From contig JASJAS010000001.1 in the NCBI GenBank assembly GCA_030066875.1, positions 20,923 to 84,922 of the forward strand: DNA of 64,000 nt, read 5' to 3'. Under the pieces are notes generated by a model. That model did not search any database. It was not told the DNA's origin and saw nothing but the letters and a program-made list of their open reading frames with translations. The translations under genes were made by a program, and so were the position numbers. Positions 47,577 to 60,945 of this stretch are shown piece by piece (position 1 is the first letter of the stretch; the number at the start of each line of letters is the position of its first letter). This DNA comes from Acidimicrobiia bacterium. GTDB taxonomy: Bacteria > Actinomycetota > Acidimicrobiia > Spongiisociales > UBA5794.

Positions 47577-49745
47577 ATGCCCGATTCCCCCTTGCTCGAA
47601 GGACTGAACCCTGCGCAACGGCAGGCAGTGGCCGCTATCGACGGCCCGTTGCTGGTGGTTGCAGGTGCCGGTTCGGGCAAAACGCGAGTGCTGACCCGCC
47701 GTGTCGCCCATCTCATCCGCGATCACAACGTGTCCCCGTACGCAATCCTGGCCATCACCTTCACCAACAAGGCCGCCGGCGAGATGAAAGACAGAGTCGA
47801 GGGACTCGTCGGCGCGGTCGCCCGAGACATGTGGGTGTCTACCTTCCACAGCGCGTGTTCCCGCATCCTGCGCCGGGAAGCGCACCATCTCGGCTACCGG
47901 TCCGCGTTTTCTATCTACGACTCTGCGGACTCGCTCCGCCTGGTCACGCTGAGCGTCAGAGACCTCGACCTGGACCCCAAACGCTTCCCGCCACGCAGTA
48001 TTCGAGCGGCGATTTCGAACGCCAAGAACGAACTCATCGATTACGAAACCTTCGCTGCCTCCGATTCGGGCTTCTATCACGAGAAGATCGCCGACGTCTA
48101 CCGGCTGTATCAACAGCGTCTCGTCGAGGCCTCGGCGATGGATTTCGATGATCTGCTCATGTTGACTGTCGACCTGTTTCGAGCTTTTCCTGAGGTCTTG
48201 CAGCGCTATCAGGATCGATTCGGTTACGTGCTCGTGGACGAGTATCAAGATACGAACCATGCGCAGTACGTACTGGTCCGGCTGCTAACCGAGAAACACC
48301 GCAACCTTTGTGTCGTCGGTGATGGCGATCAGAGCATCTACCGCTTCCGGGGTGCAGATATTCGCAACATCAACGAGTTCGAGAAGGACTTCCCCGACGC
48401 TCAGATCGTGATGCTGGAACAGAACTACCGGTCCACCGAGACGATCTTGCAGGCGGCCAACGCAGTCATCTCTAACAACCCAAACCGCAAGCCGAAGCGG
48501 CTCTGGACTGAGTTCGGCCACGGGGAGAAGATCATCACCTACGAGGCCGAAGACGAGCACGACGAGGCAGCCTTTGTTGCCGAGGCGGTCGGCGCTCTGC
48601 GCGATGGTGGGCAAGACGCCAGGGAGATCGCCGTGTTCTATCGGACGAACGCACAGAGCCGTGTCGTAGAGGAGACCTTCGTCAACTTCGGCCAGCCCTA
48701 TCAAGTCGTCGGCGGTGTCAAGTACTACGACCGCCGGGAAGTCAAAGACGTGCTGGCGTATCTGCGAGTCGTCACCAATCCCGACGACACGGTGGCCGTG
48801 AAGAGGATCGTCAATGTGCCAAAGCGGGCCATCGGCACAACCAGCGTCGCCCATGTCGATCGCCACGCGGAGGAGGAGGCCGTTTCCTTCTATGAGGCAC
48901 TCCGGCAGGCCGGGGAGAACCCGCGCTTGTCTTCACGCGCACAGCGGGCAATGCTCGAATTCATCGGGCTCATCGACCATTTGACCTTCCTCGCCGAGCA
49001 AGGCCCGCGGGCAGGGCTCGAGGCGATTCTCAGCGAGACCGGATACCTCGACATGGTTCGCGCAGAACGCTCCATCGAGGCAATGGGCCGAGAAGAGAAC
49101 CTCAAGGAGCTGGTATCGGCTGCGGCCGACTTCGAGGAGAACGGCCCGATCGCCTACGGGCGCGAGGAGTGGGCCGACCTCGACGGTCTACGCAAGACCG
49201 AGCTGTTCTTGGAGTCAATCAGCCTGGTCACCGACACCGATAGCTACGAGGACACCGAGGTCGTGACTCTGATGACGCTACATAACGCCAAGGGCCTCGA
49301 GTTCCCGGTCGTGTTCATGGTTGGAATGGAAGACGGGGTCTTCCCCCACATGCGGTCGCTGGGTGACCCCGCCGAGCTCGAAGAAGAACGGCGGCTCTGT
49401 TACGTCGGCATTACCCGGGCGATGCAGCGGCTGTTCCTCACTCGCGCGTGGAGCCGCAACATGTTCGGCACCAACAACTACAACCCGCCGAGCCGGTTTC
49501 TGCGCGAACTCCCCGATGGCCTGGTCCAGGCGGTCCAGAAACGAAAGCGAAAAGCGCACCTCGAGAGCCGAGCATTGCGCCCGACGATCTCCGCCGGCGA
49601 GCTCAGCGTCGGCGATCGGGTGCGCCATACCAAGTGGGGTGAAGGAACCATCTCACGCGTCGCCGGGGTGGAGGCGGTGGTCAACTTCGACGGACTGGGA
49701 GTGAAGCACCTGCACCTCGAACTGGCTCCCTTGGAGAAGGTCTGA
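47577..49745 (+). CDS. pcrA: ATP-dependent DNA helicase PcrA/UvrD
   Basis: It has the motif '[21 protein letters not shown]' and UvrD/Rep helicase motifs throughout its 722 aa. Confidence 0.85.
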   Translation: MPDSPLLEGLNPAQRQAVAAIDGPLLVVAGAGSGKTRVLTRRVAHLIRDHNVSPYAILAITFTNKAAGEMKDRVEGLVGAVARDMWVSTFHSACSRILRREAHHLGYRSAFSIYDSADSLRLVTLSVRDLDLDPKRFPPRSIRAAISNAKNELIDYETFAASDSGFYHEKIADVYRLYQQRLVEASAMDFDDLLMLTVDLFRAFPEVLQRYQDRFGYVLVDEYQDTNHAQYVLVRLLTEKHRNLCVVGDGDQSIYRFRGADIRNINEFEKDFPDAQIVMLEQNYRSTETILQAANAVISNNPNRKPKRLWTEFGHGEKIITYEAEDEHDEAAFVAEAVGALRDGGQDAREIAVFYRTNAQSRVVEETFVNFGQPYQVVGGVKYYDRREVKDVLAYLRVVTNPDDTVAVKRIVNVPKRAIGTTSVAHVDRHAEEEAVSFYEALRQAGENPRLSSRAQRAMLEFIGLIDHLTFLAEQGPRAGLEAILSETGYLDMVRAERSIEAMGREENLKELVSAAADFEENGPIAYGREEWADLDGLRKTELFLESISLVTDTDSYEDTEVVTLMTLHNAKGLEFPVVFMVGMEDGVFPHMRSLGDPAELEEERRLCYVGITRAMQRLFLTRAWSRNMFGTNNYNPPSRFLRELPDGLVQAVQKRKRKAHLESRALRPTISAGELSVGDRVRHTKWGEGTISRVAGVEAVVNFDGLGVKHLHLELAPLEKV

Positions 49746-49777
49746 CCGGCACCGAGACGACTATTGTCTGCGACGAG

Positions 49778-50173
49778 ATGCCGGTTCGAATCCTCATAGC
49801 CAAGCCGGGCCTCGACGGGCACGACCGCGGGGCCAAGGTCGTGTCGCGGGCCCTGCGTGATGCCGGCTGTGAAGTCGTCTACTCGGGCTTGCACCAAACG
49901 CCCGAGCAGATCGTCGAGACTGCCATCCAAGAGGACGTCGACGGCGTGGGGTTGTCCGTACTATCCGGAGCTCACATGACGCTGTTTCCGAGGGTCGTTG
50001 AGCTGTTGCGCGAACGGGAGGCCGACGACATAGTCGTGTTCGGGGGCGGCATCATTCCCGACGAAGACATGCCCAGGCTCGAGGACGCCGGCCTGGCGAT
50101 GATCTTCACACCGGGCACTCCACTGTCCGATATCACCGACTGGGTTGCCGAGCGCTTTGGTGACACCGACTGA
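49778..50173 (+). CDS. stand-alone cobalamin-binding domain protein (methylmalonyl-CoA mutase C-terminal/small-subunit type)
   Basis: '[19 protein letters not shown]' is the DxHxxG B12-binding motif. Confidence 0.75.
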   Translation: MPVRILIAKPGLDGHDRGAKVVSRALRDAGCEVVYSGLHQTPEQIVETAIQEDVDGVGLSVLSGAHMTLFPRVVELLREREADDIVVFGGGIIPDEDMPRLEDAGLAMIFTPGTPLSDITDWVAERFGDTD

Positions 50174-50236
50174 TGAATCACCAAATGCAGGACCCGCATC
50201 GCCACGCGTCGATTCCGTCGACACAGGAGAGCAACA

Positions 50237-51463
50237 TTGAAGATCCATGAGTTTCAAGCCAAGGAACTGATGGCGGCGCGCGATATCCCCGTTCCCCGGG
50301 GAGAGATGGTGACGACGGTTGCCGATGCAGTCGCAGCGGTTGCTCCCCTTGTCGAGGCAACCGGCAATCCTGTTGTGGTGGTGAAGTCGCAAATCCACGC
50401 TGGCGGGCGGGGCAAGGGCCGGTTCTTGGAGGATCCCGACCTCGGTGGCGTCAACGTGGTGTTGGATGGAATCGACGGAGGGCTCGAAGCCGCCAAGCGC
50501 AAGGTCGGGGAGCTGGCCGGCCGGATGCTCGGGAACACGCTCGTCACCATCCAGACCGGTTCTGCCGGGAAGAAGGTCAACCGGCTCTACATCGAGCAGG
50601 GCATCGACGTAGAACGCGAGCTGTATCTCTCTGTGCTACTCGACAGGGCAAGCAGCAAGAACGTCGTCATGGCGTCCACGGAAGGCGGCACCGAGATAGA
50701 GGAAGTGGCGGCCGAGACGCCCGAGAAGATCCTGAAAGCCGAGATCGACCCAGGCCTGGGCCTACTCGATTTTCAGGCGCGCCAGCTGGCGTTCGGACTG
50801 GGCCTCGAAGGCGTTGCCTTCAAGAACGGGGTCCGCTTCATCAAAGCACTCGCTGCCGCCGCGGTTGAGCTCGACACCGATCTCATCGAGATCAACCCCC
50901 TCGTTGTTGCCAAAGACGGGTCGGTCCTTGCCCTTGACGGCAAGATGAGTTTCGAGGCGAACGCGCTCTACCGGCATCCCGAAGTACAGGACATGCGAGA
51001 TCTGAGCGAGGAGAACGCCGCTGAGATCGAAGCCTCCGGCTACGGTCTCAGCTTCATCAAGCTCGACGGGACTATCGGTTGCATGGTCAATGGAGCCGGC
51101 CTGGCGATGGCGACGATGGACATCATCAAATACGTTGGAGGTGAGCCCGCCAACTTCCTCGACGTCGGTGGAGGCGCGGACAAGGATCAGGTAACGGCCG
51201 CATTCAAGATCATCACCCGAGACCCAAACGTCAAGGGGATCTTCATCAACATCTTCGGTGGCATCATGCGTTGCGACACCATTGCCCAAGGGGTGGTCGA
51301 TGCTGTCTCCGAAGTAGGTCTGGACATGCCGCTCGTTGTGCGGCTCGAAGGAACCAATGTCAGTCTGGGTAAGCAAATCCTCGACGACTCGGGCTTGAAC
51401 ATCCTGAGCGCCACAGACATCAAAGACGGGGCGCTGAAGATCCTGAAGGCGACGCGGTCATGA
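50237..51463 (+). CDS. sucC: succinate--CoA ligase beta subunit
   Basis: The ATP-grasp N-terminus reads '[20 protein letters not shown]'. The RBS AGGAGA precedes a TTG start. Confidence 0.9.
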   Translation: MKIHEFQAKELMAARDIPVPRGEMVTTVADAVAAVAPLVEATGNPVVVVKSQIHAGGRGKGRFLEDPDLGGVNVVLDGIDGGLEAAKRKVGELAGRMLGNTLVTIQTGSAGKKVNRLYIEQGIDVERELYLSVLLDRASSKNVVMASTEGGTEIEEVAAETPEKILKAEIDPGLGLLDFQARQLAFGLGLEGVAFKNGVRFIKALAAAAVELDTDLIEINPLVVAKDGSVLALDGKMSFEANALYRHPEVQDMRDLSEENAAEIEASGYGLSFIKLDGTIGCMVNGAGLAMATMDIIKYVGGEPANFLDVGGGADKDQVTAAFKIITRDPNVKGIFINIFGGIMRCDTIAQGVVDAVSEVGLDMPLVVRLEGTNVSLGKQILDDSGLNILSATDIKDGALKILKATRS

Positions 51464-52386
51464 GTGTTCTCGTTGACAAGAGCACCAAGGTGATGGTCCA
51501 AGGGATGGGCAAGACCGGTCGTTTCCACACTGACAAGGCGATCGCATACGGCACCCAGATGGTGGCCGCAGTCCACCCTTCCCGTGCGGGGCAGACCGAG
51601 ATCTATGAAGGCGAGACCGATCACTCAGGGGTACCCGACCGACCCGACACCTACCGGGTCGAGCTGCCGATATACCGTACGGTGAGAGAAGCCGCTGCTG
51701 CTAGCGGCGCAACGGTCAGTGTGGTCTACGTGCCCCCGCCGTTTGCCGCCGACGCCATCATGGAGGCGGCCGACGCCGGTCTCGAGTTGATCGTCTGCAT
51801 CACCGAGGGAATCCCAGTCACCGACATGGTGCAAGCCAAGAGCTATCTGGCGACACGCCAAGCCCGTCTGGTGGGACCCAATTGCCCGGGCGTGATCACC
51901 CCCCGGCAGTGCAAGATCGGGATCATGCCCGGCTATATCCACGAGGCCGGAAACGTCGGCGTTGTGAGCCGGTCTGGGACGCTCACCTACGAGGCAGTCC
52001 ACCAACTAACTCAGGTTGGGTTGGGCCAGACGACTGCGATAGGTATCGGTGGCGACCCGGTGAATGGGACGGACTTCATCGACTGCTTGCAGATGTTCAA
52101 TGAAGATCCCGCTACCGAAGGCGTAATCATGATCGGCGAGATTGGCGGCGCCGCCGAGGAAGAAGCAGCCGACTGGATCAAGCAGCACATGAGCAAACCA
52201 GTAGCCGGGTTCATTGCCGGCGCGACCGCGCCCCCCGGCAAGCGGATGGGGCATGCCGGTGCCATCATCACGGGTGGCAAAGGGACTGCTGCGGACAAGA
52301 TCGCTGCACTTCAAGCTGCCGGAGTCGCCATAGCGCCAACTCCGACCGACATGGGGGCGACGATGGCCGAGGCGATGAGCCGCTGA
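51460..52386 (+). CDS. sucD: succinate--CoA ligase alpha subunit
   Basis: An ATGA overlap links it to sucC. It has the CoA-binding motif '[12 protein letters not shown]' and the His-loop region. Confidence 0.9.
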   Translation: MSVLVDKSTKVMVQGMGKTGRFHTDKAIAYGTQMVAAVHPSRAGQTEIYEGETDHSGVPDRPDTYRVELPIYRTVREAAAASGATVSVVYVPPPFAADAIMEAADAGLELIVCITEGIPVTDMVQAKSYLATRQARLVGPNCPGVITPRQCKIGIMPGYIHEAGNVGVVSRSGTLTYEAVHQLTQVGLGQTTAIGIGGDPVNGTDFIDCLQMFNEDPATEGVIMIGEIGGAAEEEAADWIKQHMSKPVAGFIAGATAPPGKRMGHAGAIITGGKGTAADKIAALQAAGVAIAPTPTDMGATMAEAMSR

Positions 52387-52480
52387 GGCCGGGCCCACGC
52401 AAACTCGAGCAGCCAATCCGTGGGGTGGTTGCGAGTTGCCTAAGCTGGCCGCTCATGGGCCGGCCAATCAAGGGGTAACA

Positions 52481-54028
52481 GTGAGTCGCACGCAAGTTCG
52501 CCGAGCATTGATTTCCGTCAGCGACAAGACAGGGCTCCTGGACTTCGCCGCCCGCCTCGTGGCAGAAGGTGTCGAGATCATTGCCTCGGGCGGTACCGCG
52601 CGAGCATTGCGCGCCGGCGGGCTTGCTGTGATTTCGGTCGAGGAGGTCACGGGAGCGGCCGAGATGCTCGACGGTCGCGTCAAGACCCTGCACCCCCGTA
52701 TCCACGCCGCCATCCTGGCGGATGTCGGTGTCTCCGACCATCGCAACCAACTGTACGCAGAGAACCTTGCCCCGATTCAGCTGGTGGTTGTCAACCTGTA
52801 TCCGTTCGAAGAAGGTGTTGCTCGGTCCGACATCTCGAAATCCGAGGCGATTGAGCTGATCGACATAGGTGGTCCGACGATGGTGCGGGCAGCCGCCAAG
52901 AACCACAAATGGGTAGGGGTCGTGACCTCGCCGGATCAGTACGAACAGGTACTGGAAGCTGTGGCCGCTGGAGGGCTCGACGACGAACTGCGGCTCGATC
53001 TCGCCCGCATGGCTTTCTACCGAACCGCGCGCTACGACTCGGCGATCGTTGCCTACTTGGAGAGCCTTGCGGGCGATGTCCCGGAGCGCATGATGCTGGC
53101 GCTGGACCGTGTCACGGAGCTGCGTTACGGCGAGAACCCTCATCAGCCGGCGGCGCTGTATTCCGAGCGCGGCCGAGCCAGTTGGTGGAACCGGGCCAAC
53201 CAGCTCCAGGGCAAGGAGATGTCTTTCAACAACTACCTGGATGCTGAGGCCGCCTGGCGACTGGCGAACGACTTCGTCGAGCCAACTGCGGTCATCGTCA
53301 AGCACGCCAATCCGTGCGGTGTCGCCAGCCGCGATTCGATTCAGGAGGCATTCCTCACGGCCTGGGAGTGCGACCCGCTCTCGGCCTTCGGAGGCGTGAT
53401 CGGCATCAACGGCACGATCGATGAGCCGACTGCACGGTTGATCGTGTCGAACTTCGTCGAAGTCGTCATTGCTCTTGGTGTAACCGATGGGGCCGCCGAG
53501 ATCCTCAGTCGGAAGGAGAACTTACGGGTGCTCACGGCTCCGCCGCCGGAGGGAGACGACCTTGATATGCGCCGTGTAGAGCATGGGTTTGTTGCCCAGC
53601 AACGTGATGAGGTGGTCAAGACCAAGCCGGGAAAGCTACCTGAGGAGTGGGAATCGGTTGGGGAGCGGCCGTTGAGTACCGATCTACTGATCGATCTACG
53701 TTTTGCCTGGATCGTTGCTGCCCATACCAAGTCGAATGCAATCGTGGTTGCACGCAACCGAGCGGCCGTTGGGATCGGGGCCGGGGACCAGTCCCGAGTC
53801 GGTGCAAGCGAACGCGCTCTCCGACAGGCAGGCGACCGTGCCCATGGGGCTGTCGTCGCATCGGACGGCATGTTTCCATTCCGCGACGGGGTTGATTCCC
53901 TTGGCCAGGCCGGTGTCGTGGCAGTGGTTGAGCCTGGAGGATCCATGCGCGATGACGAGGTGGTGGATGCCGCAAACGAACACCGGATGGCGATCGTGTT
54001 CACCGGCGTGAGGCATTTCCGCCACTGA
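52481..54028 (+). CDS. purH: bifunctional AICAR transformylase/IMP cyclohydrolase
   Basis: The MGS-like N-terminus reads 'RRALISVSDKTGLLDFAARL'. The GTG at 52481 follows the RBS AAGGGG. Confidence 0.9.
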   Translation: MSRTQVRRALISVSDKTGLLDFAARLVAEGVEIIASGGTARALRAGGLAVISVEEVTGAAEMLDGRVKTLHPRIHAAILADVGVSDHRNQLYAENLAPIQLVVVNLYPFEEGVARSDISKSEAIELIDIGGPTMVRAAAKNHKWVGVVTSPDQYEQVLEAVAAGGLDDELRLDLARMAFYRTARYDSAIVAYLESLAGDVPERMMLALDRVTELRYGENPHQPAALYSERGRASWWNRANQLQGKEMSFNNYLDAEAAWRLANDFVEPTAVIVKHANPCGVASRDSIQEAFLTAWECDPLSAFGGVIGINGTIDEPTARLIVSNFVEVVIALGVTDGAAEILSRKENLRVLTAPPPEGDDLDMRRVEHGFVAQQRDEVVKTKPGKLPEEWESVGERPLSTDLLIDLRFAWIVAAHTKSNAIVVARNRAAVGIGAGDQSRVGASERALRQAGDRAHGAVVASDGMFPFRDGVDSLGQAGVVAVVEPGGSMRDDEVVDAANEHRMAIVFTGVRHFRH

Positions 54029-54139
54029 GCACACGGCTATGGCGAGCTGCGTGGTGGCCAGGCTCGGCACAGGCCTAGCGTTTGTGCCATCCACTACCCT
54101 CTAGCGGCGACACACTCGATCAATTGGAGGGTACGGCCA

Positions 54140-55342
<1,203 letters not shown>

Positions 55343-55372
55343 CGGAGGCGTTGCACCGAGAAGGAGCTGAGC

Positions 55373-56308
55373 ATGAGCAAAGTAACCGTGGTAGGGGCAG
55401 GCAAGTACGGTTCGACGACGGCGCAACGTCTTGCCGAGTGGGACATCATCGATGAGGTCGTAATGACCGACATCGTCGAGGGATTGCCCCAGGGTCTCGC
55501 GCTCGACATGAACCAGAGTCGTCCGGTGATTGGCCACAAGACGCTCGTTGTCGGTACCAACGACTACGCCGACACGTCCCAGAGCGATGTGGTGATCATT
55601 ACGGCCGGCTTGCCTCGGAAGCCCGGCATGTCACGGATGGACTTGCTCGAGGTGAATGCGAAGATCGTCAAGAGCGTCACCGAGGAGATCGTGCGCTACT
55701 CACCAGATGCGGTTTTGATTGTGGTGACCAACCCTCTTGACCAGATGACGACTCTGGCGGCCGACGTATCCGGCTTCCCGAGGAGCCGAGTGTTCGGTCA
55801 GGCTGGCATCCTCGACAGCTCTCGCTTTGCGCATTTCATCTCGGAGAAGACGGGAGCCGACATTCAGACGGTGCAGGCGGTGACCCTGGGAAGCCACGGG
55901 GAGACCATGGTCCCGGTGCCTTCTTTGTGCCGCATCGGAGACCAGGCACTGACCGAGGTGCTGGACCCGGGGACCATCGATGACCTGGTCGACCGCACGC
56001 GCAAGGGCGGGGCCGAGATCGTCGCCTACCTCAAGACCGGGAGCGCCTACTACGCGCCTTCGGCGGCAGCTGCCTACATGGCCAAAGCGGTTGTTGAGGA
56101 CAGCGGCGAGAACATGCCCGTCTGCGCTTGGATGACGGGGGAGTACGGCATCGAGGACGTGTATCTCGGAGTCATTGCCGAAGTCGGTGCAGGAGGTGTC
56201 AAGTCGGTTGTCGAACTCCCGCTCACCGACGACGAGGCAGCCGGACTCGCTGAGGCCGCGGTCGCGGTCAAGGAGAAAGTGGCTGACCTAGCGCAGATCG
56301 AGTTCTGA
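55373..56308 (+). CDS. mdh: malate dehydrogenase (LDH-like MDH)
   Basis: It has the Rossmann N-terminus 'KVTVVGAGKYGSTTA' and the signature 'VIITAGLPRKPGMSRMDLL'. Confidence 0.9.
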   Translation: MSKVTVVGAGKYGSTTAQRLAEWDIIDEVVMTDIVEGLPQGLALDMNQSRPVIGHKTLVVGTNDYADTSQSDVVIITAGLPRKPGMSRMDLLEVNAKIVKSVTEEIVRYSPDAVLIVVTNPLDQMTTLAADVSGFPRSRVFGQAGILDSSRFAHFISEKTGADIQTVQAVTLGSHGETMVPVPSLCRIGDQALTEVLDPGTIDDLVDRTRKGGAEIVAYLKTGSAYYAPSAAAAYMAKAVVEDSGENMPVCAWMTGEYGIEDVYLGVIAEVGAGGVKSVVELPLTDDEAAGLAEAAVAVKEKVADLAQIEF

Positions 56309-56422
56309 TCACGCACCCCGGACCGGGCATAGCCAGCCGGTGGGGTACAAGGCATCCTTGGGCTCACCGGGCGGCGTCGGTATCGTTCGGCCTGCGATGG
56401 CAGTAGCGACAGGAGTCGACCC

Positions 56423-56695
56423 GTGAACAAAGCCGATCTAGTCGATCAGGTTGCGGCGCGCACCGGGCAGACCAAGGTGGCGGTGGCTGCCACTATCGAG
56501 GCGGCCATGGATGCCATCATGGAGTCCGTCGCTAGTTCCGAGTCGGTGACGCTGAGCGGCTTCGGCACTTTCGAACCTCGAGAGCGTCGGGCCCGAACCG
56601 GTCGCAACCCACGCACCGGTGACCCTGTACCGATCCCGCCCAGGACGGTGCCGGCCTTCCGTCCCGGCAACACCTTCAAGTCCGCGGTCGAGTAA
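56423..56695 (+). CDS. hup: DNA-binding protein HU
   Basis: 'MNKADLVDQVAARTG...GFGTFEPRERRARTGRNPRTG' is an HU fold. Confidence 0.85.
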   Translation: MNKADLVDQVAARTGQTKVAVAATIEAAMDAIMESVASSESVTLSGFGTFEPRERRARTGRNPRTGDPVPIPPRTVPAFRPGNTFKSAVE

Positions 56696-56758
56696 CTCTT
56701 CTCCGGGCAATCTTGCTGAGAGCGGCCAAGACCGTGTAGGTGAGGCGAGAGATCTTCT

Positions 56759-57145
56759 CTAGTAATCGATGTCGAGATCGTTCATGACAGCCGCCCACTT
56801 GTTGATGACACCCTGGTTCATCATCAGGACGGCCATGTTGCCCTGCACCTTGATCTTGCCCGTCATGAACGCCATCTGTGTGTTGAGCTCACCCTTGAAC
56901 ATGGCGGTTGCGGTCTCGTAGGTACTCGAGATAGAAACCTCGGCGCCATCGAGATCTCCCGTCGCCATCGTTGCCGTCCCATTGGCGACCTCGAGGTAGT
57001 AGTTGATGTCACCCTGCGGTGCCTCGGTGACTTCGAATTGCAGCCCGAGGTTGATGTTGGCGATCGAGCCGACAAAGTCGTCATTGGCCCCGAGAGCCTC
57101 GGTGGCGGCAGACATATGGTCGTCGCTCAAGAACTGAACGCCCAT
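56759..57145 (-). CDS. SCP2 sterol-binding domain protein
   Basis: It has an SCP-2-like pattern. The start is at the ATG at 57145 with an AAGGAA RBS. The track ORF extends to 57178. Confidence 0.55.
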   Translation of the reverse strand: MGVQFLSDDHMSAATEALGANDDFVGSIANINLGLQFEVTEAPQGDINYYLEVANGTATMATGDLDGAEVSISSTYETATAMFKGELNTQMAFMTGKIKVQGNMAVLMMNQGVINKWAAVMNDLDIDY

Positions 57146-57249
57146 TGATCGATTCCTTTTTCTAGGAGACGCCCTCATTGTAGACCGGCCACACCAATTT
57201 TGAGCGATCAGTCAACTTCCTCACATGCCTCGAGGGTGTAGCCGGCGGC

Positions 57250-58011
57250 CTACGTCTGGCCGGCTTTCCGCCTGTCCTTGAACTTGGCGACGATGTAGTC
57301 GCGGTTCATCAGAGCGATGTTGTCGATGCTGATGCTCTTCGGGCAAGCTTCTTCGCACTCGCCGTGGTTGGTGCAGGAGCCAAAGAACTCCTCCATCTTC
57401 TCCACCATCGCGATCGTGCGCTCGTACCGCTCCGGCTGTCCCTGGGGCAGCAAGTTGAGATGGGCCAGCTTGGCCGATGTGAACAGCTGCCCGGCACTGT
57501 TGGGGCAGGCCGCAATGCAGGCGGCACACCCAATACAGGCCGCGGCATCCATCGATGACTCGGCGGCGGGCTTGGGCACCGGAATCAGGTTGGCATCGGG
57601 GGCGCCACCGGTGTTGACGCTGATGTAGCCCCCAGCCTCGACGATCCGGTCCAACGGAGACCGGTCGACGATGAGATCCCGCATGACCGGCATCCCTGTC
57701 GCTCGCCACGGTTCGATGACGATTCGGTCGCCGTCACTGAATCTCCTCATATGGAGCTGGCAGGTTGCCGTGCCCTTCTGGTCGCCATGGGGATGACCGT
57801 TGATCATCACGCCGCAGGTGCCGCAAATCCCTTCACGGCAGTCGTGATCGAACTCGATAGGTACCTCGCCGGCTTCGACCAGCCGCTCGTTGACCACATC
57901 GAGCATCTCGAGGAACGACGAGTCGGGGCTGATTCCCTTTGCCTCATACTCCTTGAACTCGCCTGGCTTGCCGGGGCCGTCCTGGCGCCACACTTTCAGT
58001 GTGAGATCCAT
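57250..58011 (-). CDS. sdhB: succinate dehydrogenase/fumarate reductase iron-sulfur subunit
   Basis: It has the 2Fe-2S motif '[15 protein letters not shown]' and the 4Fe-4S/3Fe-4S motifs '[12 protein letters not shown]' and '[12 protein letters not shown]'. Confidence 0.85.
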   Translation of the reverse strand: MDLTLKVWRQDGPGKPGEFKEYEAKGISPDSSFLEMLDVVNERLVEAGEVPIEFDHDCREGICGTCGVMINGHPHGDQKGTATCQLHMRRFSDGDRIVIEPWRATGMPVMRDLIVDRSPLDRIVEAGGYISVNTGGAPDANLIPVPKPAAESSMDAAACIGCAACIAACPNSAGQLFTSAKLAHLNLLPQGQPERYERTIAMVEKMEEFFGSCTNHGECEEACPKSISIDNIALMNRDYIVAKFKDRRKAGQT

Positions 58012-59930
58012 TACTTGTAGCTCCTTTGTGCCAGGGCGACGTTCTCAAACTCGAGCGGTTCCCTGTGATGGGCCTGGGGAACGTTGTAGCCCTTCCACTC
58101 CCAAGCCGACACGTGTGCCTGATTGAGGTCGTCTCGTTGTGCTTCACCCTCCTCGGTCTGGTGCTCAACGCGGAAGTGGCCGCCGCAGGATTCCTCCCTC
58201 TCCAGGGCATCCCGGCACATCAGTTCCGCAAGCTCGAAGAAGTCGGCAACCCGATTGGCCTTCTGCAACTCGGAGTTGTAGTTGTCCTCGGTGCCGGTGA
58301 CTCGAACGTTCTTCCAGAATTCGTCCCGCAGTGCCGGTATCTGGGAGAGTGCCTTCTCCAGCCCTGGTTTGCTGCGAGCCAGCCCGCAGTACTCGATCAT
58401 TATCTTGCCGAGCTCGCGGTGGAAAGAATCGACGGTTCGCGTCCCGTTGATCGAGAGCAGCCGCTTCATTCGGCCGTCGACCTCCCGTTCCGCCTCCTGG
58501 AACACCTCGTGATCGGTTGGGACCGGGCTGATGTTCAACCAATCGGCCAAGTAATCGGCAATGGTGTAGGGGAGCACGAAGTAGCCATCAGCAAGACCTT
58601 GCATGAGGGCACTGGCTCCCAGCCGGTTGGCCCCGTGGTCCGAGAAGTTCGCCTCACCGATGGCGTACAGGCCCGGCACGTTCGTCATGAGGTTGTAGTC
58701 AACCCACAGACCTCCCATCGAGTAGTGCGGCGCCGGGTAGATGCGCATCGGTACCTCATAGGGATCCTCATCGGTGATCCGCTCATACATCTCGAAGAGG
58801 TTGCCGTAGCGGGCTTCGATCACATCCTTTCCCAGCCGGTTGATGGCATCTGCGAAGTCGAGATAGACGCCGTTCTTGAGGGGGCCCACCCCGCGGTTCT
58901 CGTCGATCATGCGCATGGCTGCCCGCGACGAAACATCGCGCGGCGCAAGGTTGCCAAACGACGGGTAGATGCGCTCGAGGTAGTAGTCCCGATCCGACTC
59001 CGGGATGTCGTTGGCAGCCCGGGTGTCGTCCGGATCGACGGGTACCCAGATCCGGCCGTCGTTGCGCAGCGACTCCGACATGAGGGTGAGCTTCGACTGG
59101 AACTCGTCGTGCACAGGGATGCAGGTCGGGTGAATCTGTGTGAAACACGGGTTGGCGAAGAAGGCGCCCTTGCGGTGAGCTCGCCAGATCGCTGTGGTGT
59201 TGCAGGCCATTGCCATGGTGGACAAGAAGAAGACGTTGCTGTAGCCACCCGTGGCGAGGACTACCGCGTGTGCCGAATGAGAGCTGATCTCGCCGTTGAT
59301 GAGATCACGCACGACCACTCCCACGGCGCGGCCCTCGTGGAGCACAACCTCGAGCATCTCGCTGCGGTTGAACAGTTTGACGTTGCCCAGCGAGACCTGG
59401 CGGGCCAAGGCCTGGTAGGCACCCAGCAGCAACTGCTGCCCCGTTTGCCCGCGGGCGTAAAACGTCCGTGACACCTGCGCGCCGCCGAACGACCGGTTGT
59501 CGAGCAGGCCGCTGTATTCCCTGGCGAACGGAACTCCTTGCGCCGTGCATTGATCGATGATCTCGTTGGAGACTTCGGCCAGGCGGTATACGTTCGCCTC
59601 CCGGGAGCGGTAGTCGCCCCCTTTGACGGTGTCGTAGAAGAGGCGATAGATGCTGTCGCCGTCGTTTGGGTAGTTCTTTGCCGCGTTGATGCCGCCCTGA
59701 GCGGCGATGGAGTGGGCTCGCCGCGGCGAATCGTGATAGGTGAAGACCTTCACGTTGTAGCCGAGTTCGCCCAGGGTGGCAGCGGCTGAGGCACCGGCGA
59801 GGCCGGTGCCGATGATGATGATCTCGTACTTCCGCTTGTTTGCCGGGTTTACGAGCTTGATATCAAAGCGATGATTGGTCCACTTGTCTTCGATCGGTCC
59901 CGCCGGGACCTTCGCATCGAGTGTCGTCAC
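58011..59930 (-). CDS. sdhA: succinate dehydrogenase/fumarate reductase flavoprotein subunit
   Basis: It has the FAD-binding N-terminus '[14 protein letters not shown]', the covalent-FAD His region 'SIAAQGG' and capping-domain motifs. Confidence 0.9.
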   Translation of the reverse strand: MTTLDAKVPAGPIEDKWTNHRFDIKLVNPANKRKYEIIIIGTGLAGASAAATLGELGYNVKVFTYHDSPRRAHSIAAQGGINAAKNYPNDGDSIYRLFYDTVKGGDYRSREANVYRLAEVSNEIIDQCTAQGVPFAREYSGLLDNRSFGGAQVSRTFYARGQTGQQLLLGAYQALARQVSLGNVKLFNRSEMLEVVLHEGRAVGVVVRDLINGEISSHSAHAVVLATGGYSNVFFLSTMAMACNTTAIWRAHRKGAFFANPCFTQIHPTCIPVHDEFQSKLTLMSESLRNDGRIWVPVDPDDTRAANDIPESDRDYYLERIYPSFGNLAPRDVSSRAAMRMIDENRGVGPLKNGVYLDFADAINRLGKDVIEARYGNLFEMYERITDEDPYEVPMRIYPAPHYSMGGLWVDYNLMTNVPGLYAIGEANFSDHGANRLGASALMQGLADGYFVLPYTIADYLADWLNISPVPTDHEVFQEAEREVDGRMKRLLSINGTRTVDSFHRELGKIMIEYCGLARSKPGLEKALSQIPALRDEFWKNVRVTGTEDNYNSELQKANRVADFFELAELMCRDALEREESCGGHFRVEHQTEEGEAQRDDLNQAHVSAWEWKGYNVPQAHHREPLEFENVALAQRSYK

Positions 59931-59939
59931 GAGGCCTCC

Positions 59940-60668
59940 TCAGGAAATGATTCCGACTTGGACTGCGATGGGAAAGCTGAGGTTCCCGAGGACTATCACC
60001 GCAGTGAAGCCCCAGGCCAGGTAGCGCCGCCACTTGTTGTACAGCTCGTTGTTGGCGCCGACGCTTTGGAAAAGGCTCCACACGCCATGAAGAATGTGAA
60101 GTCCTAGAGCGAGGTTGGCGGCGATGTAGATGATGGCGACGGGGAGACGCTCGAAACTGGCGACCATGTTGTCGTAGACCTCGCCTCGTACGAAGTCCGG
60201 ATTGGCTGTGCCCCAAGTCAGATCGGCGAGGTGGAAGAGCACGAAGAGGATCACTATGACGCCCGACCATCGCATCGTGCGCGATGCATAGTTGGCGGCC
60301 AGATACTCGCGGGGTACGTCGTAGCGAATCCTCCCGCGAGCCTGCAGATTGGTCCTAGTCAACGAATATGCCGCGTGGATGTGAACGGCGAAGGCAGCGG
60401 TGAGTCCGATCCGCATGATCCACAGGAGATGGGTGCGAGGTACGAGATGCCCGCCCAAATCGCGCAGCGACTCGCCGTACTCGTTGATCTCTTCAGGTCC
60501 GAAGAAGACCTTCATGTTGCCCAGCATGTGCGCTGCGATGTAGCCGAGCAGGATCACCCCGCTCACGGCCATGATCCACTTCTTAGCGACGTCCGAGCGG
60601 TAGAACTCGAGGATCCAAGGGAGCTTCCTGGCCGGCTTGGTGTCCTGGCGGCGGCCGGTTGTGGTCAC
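59940..60668 (-). CDS. sdhC: succinate dehydrogenase cytochrome b subunit (type B, B. subtilis-like single 5-TM di-heme)
   Basis: It is a 242-aa protein with five hydrophobic helices and conserved His residues. It is the first gene of a minus-strand sdhCAB operon. Confidence 0.7.
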   Translation of the reverse strand: MTTTGRRQDTKPARKLPWILEFYRSDVAKKWIMAVSGVILLGYIAAHMLGNMKVFFGPEEINEYGESLRDLGGHLVPRTHLLWIMRIGLTAAFAVHIHAAYSLTRTNLQARGRIRYDVPREYLAANYASRTMRWSGVIVILFVLFHLADLTWGTANPDFVRGEVYDNMVASFERLPVAIIYIAANLALGLHILHGVWSLFQSVGANNELYNKWRRYLAWGFTAVIVLGNLSFPIAVQVGIIS

Positions 60669-60945
60669 CGTGAACCTCCTTATCCAACGCGTCGGCTCAT
60701 TATCGCAGGGCGAATCGTCGGCTCCACCACCGAGTTCGGAGCAAGGTTTCGACCAACACCGCGCGAATGTGGTCAGCCGCGCTCAGTAGTTTGTGATACA
60801 TAGCGCGCGCCGTCGCGCGATAGCGCTTTGAGCCGTCACGATTGCCGAGTTATGCAAGCGCCACAAGGGATTTCCGGGTTGACAGGCGCGCGCGGTGTTG
60901 GTTGAATCACATGAACGTAATTACGAACGTGTAGGGAGATGTACG

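Noticed and set aside
49785-49800. GGTTCGAATCC tRNA T-arm-like motif
   Set aside because: No acceptor, D or anticodon stems are present around it. The sequence encodes 'PVRILIA' at the start of the B12-binding domain gene.
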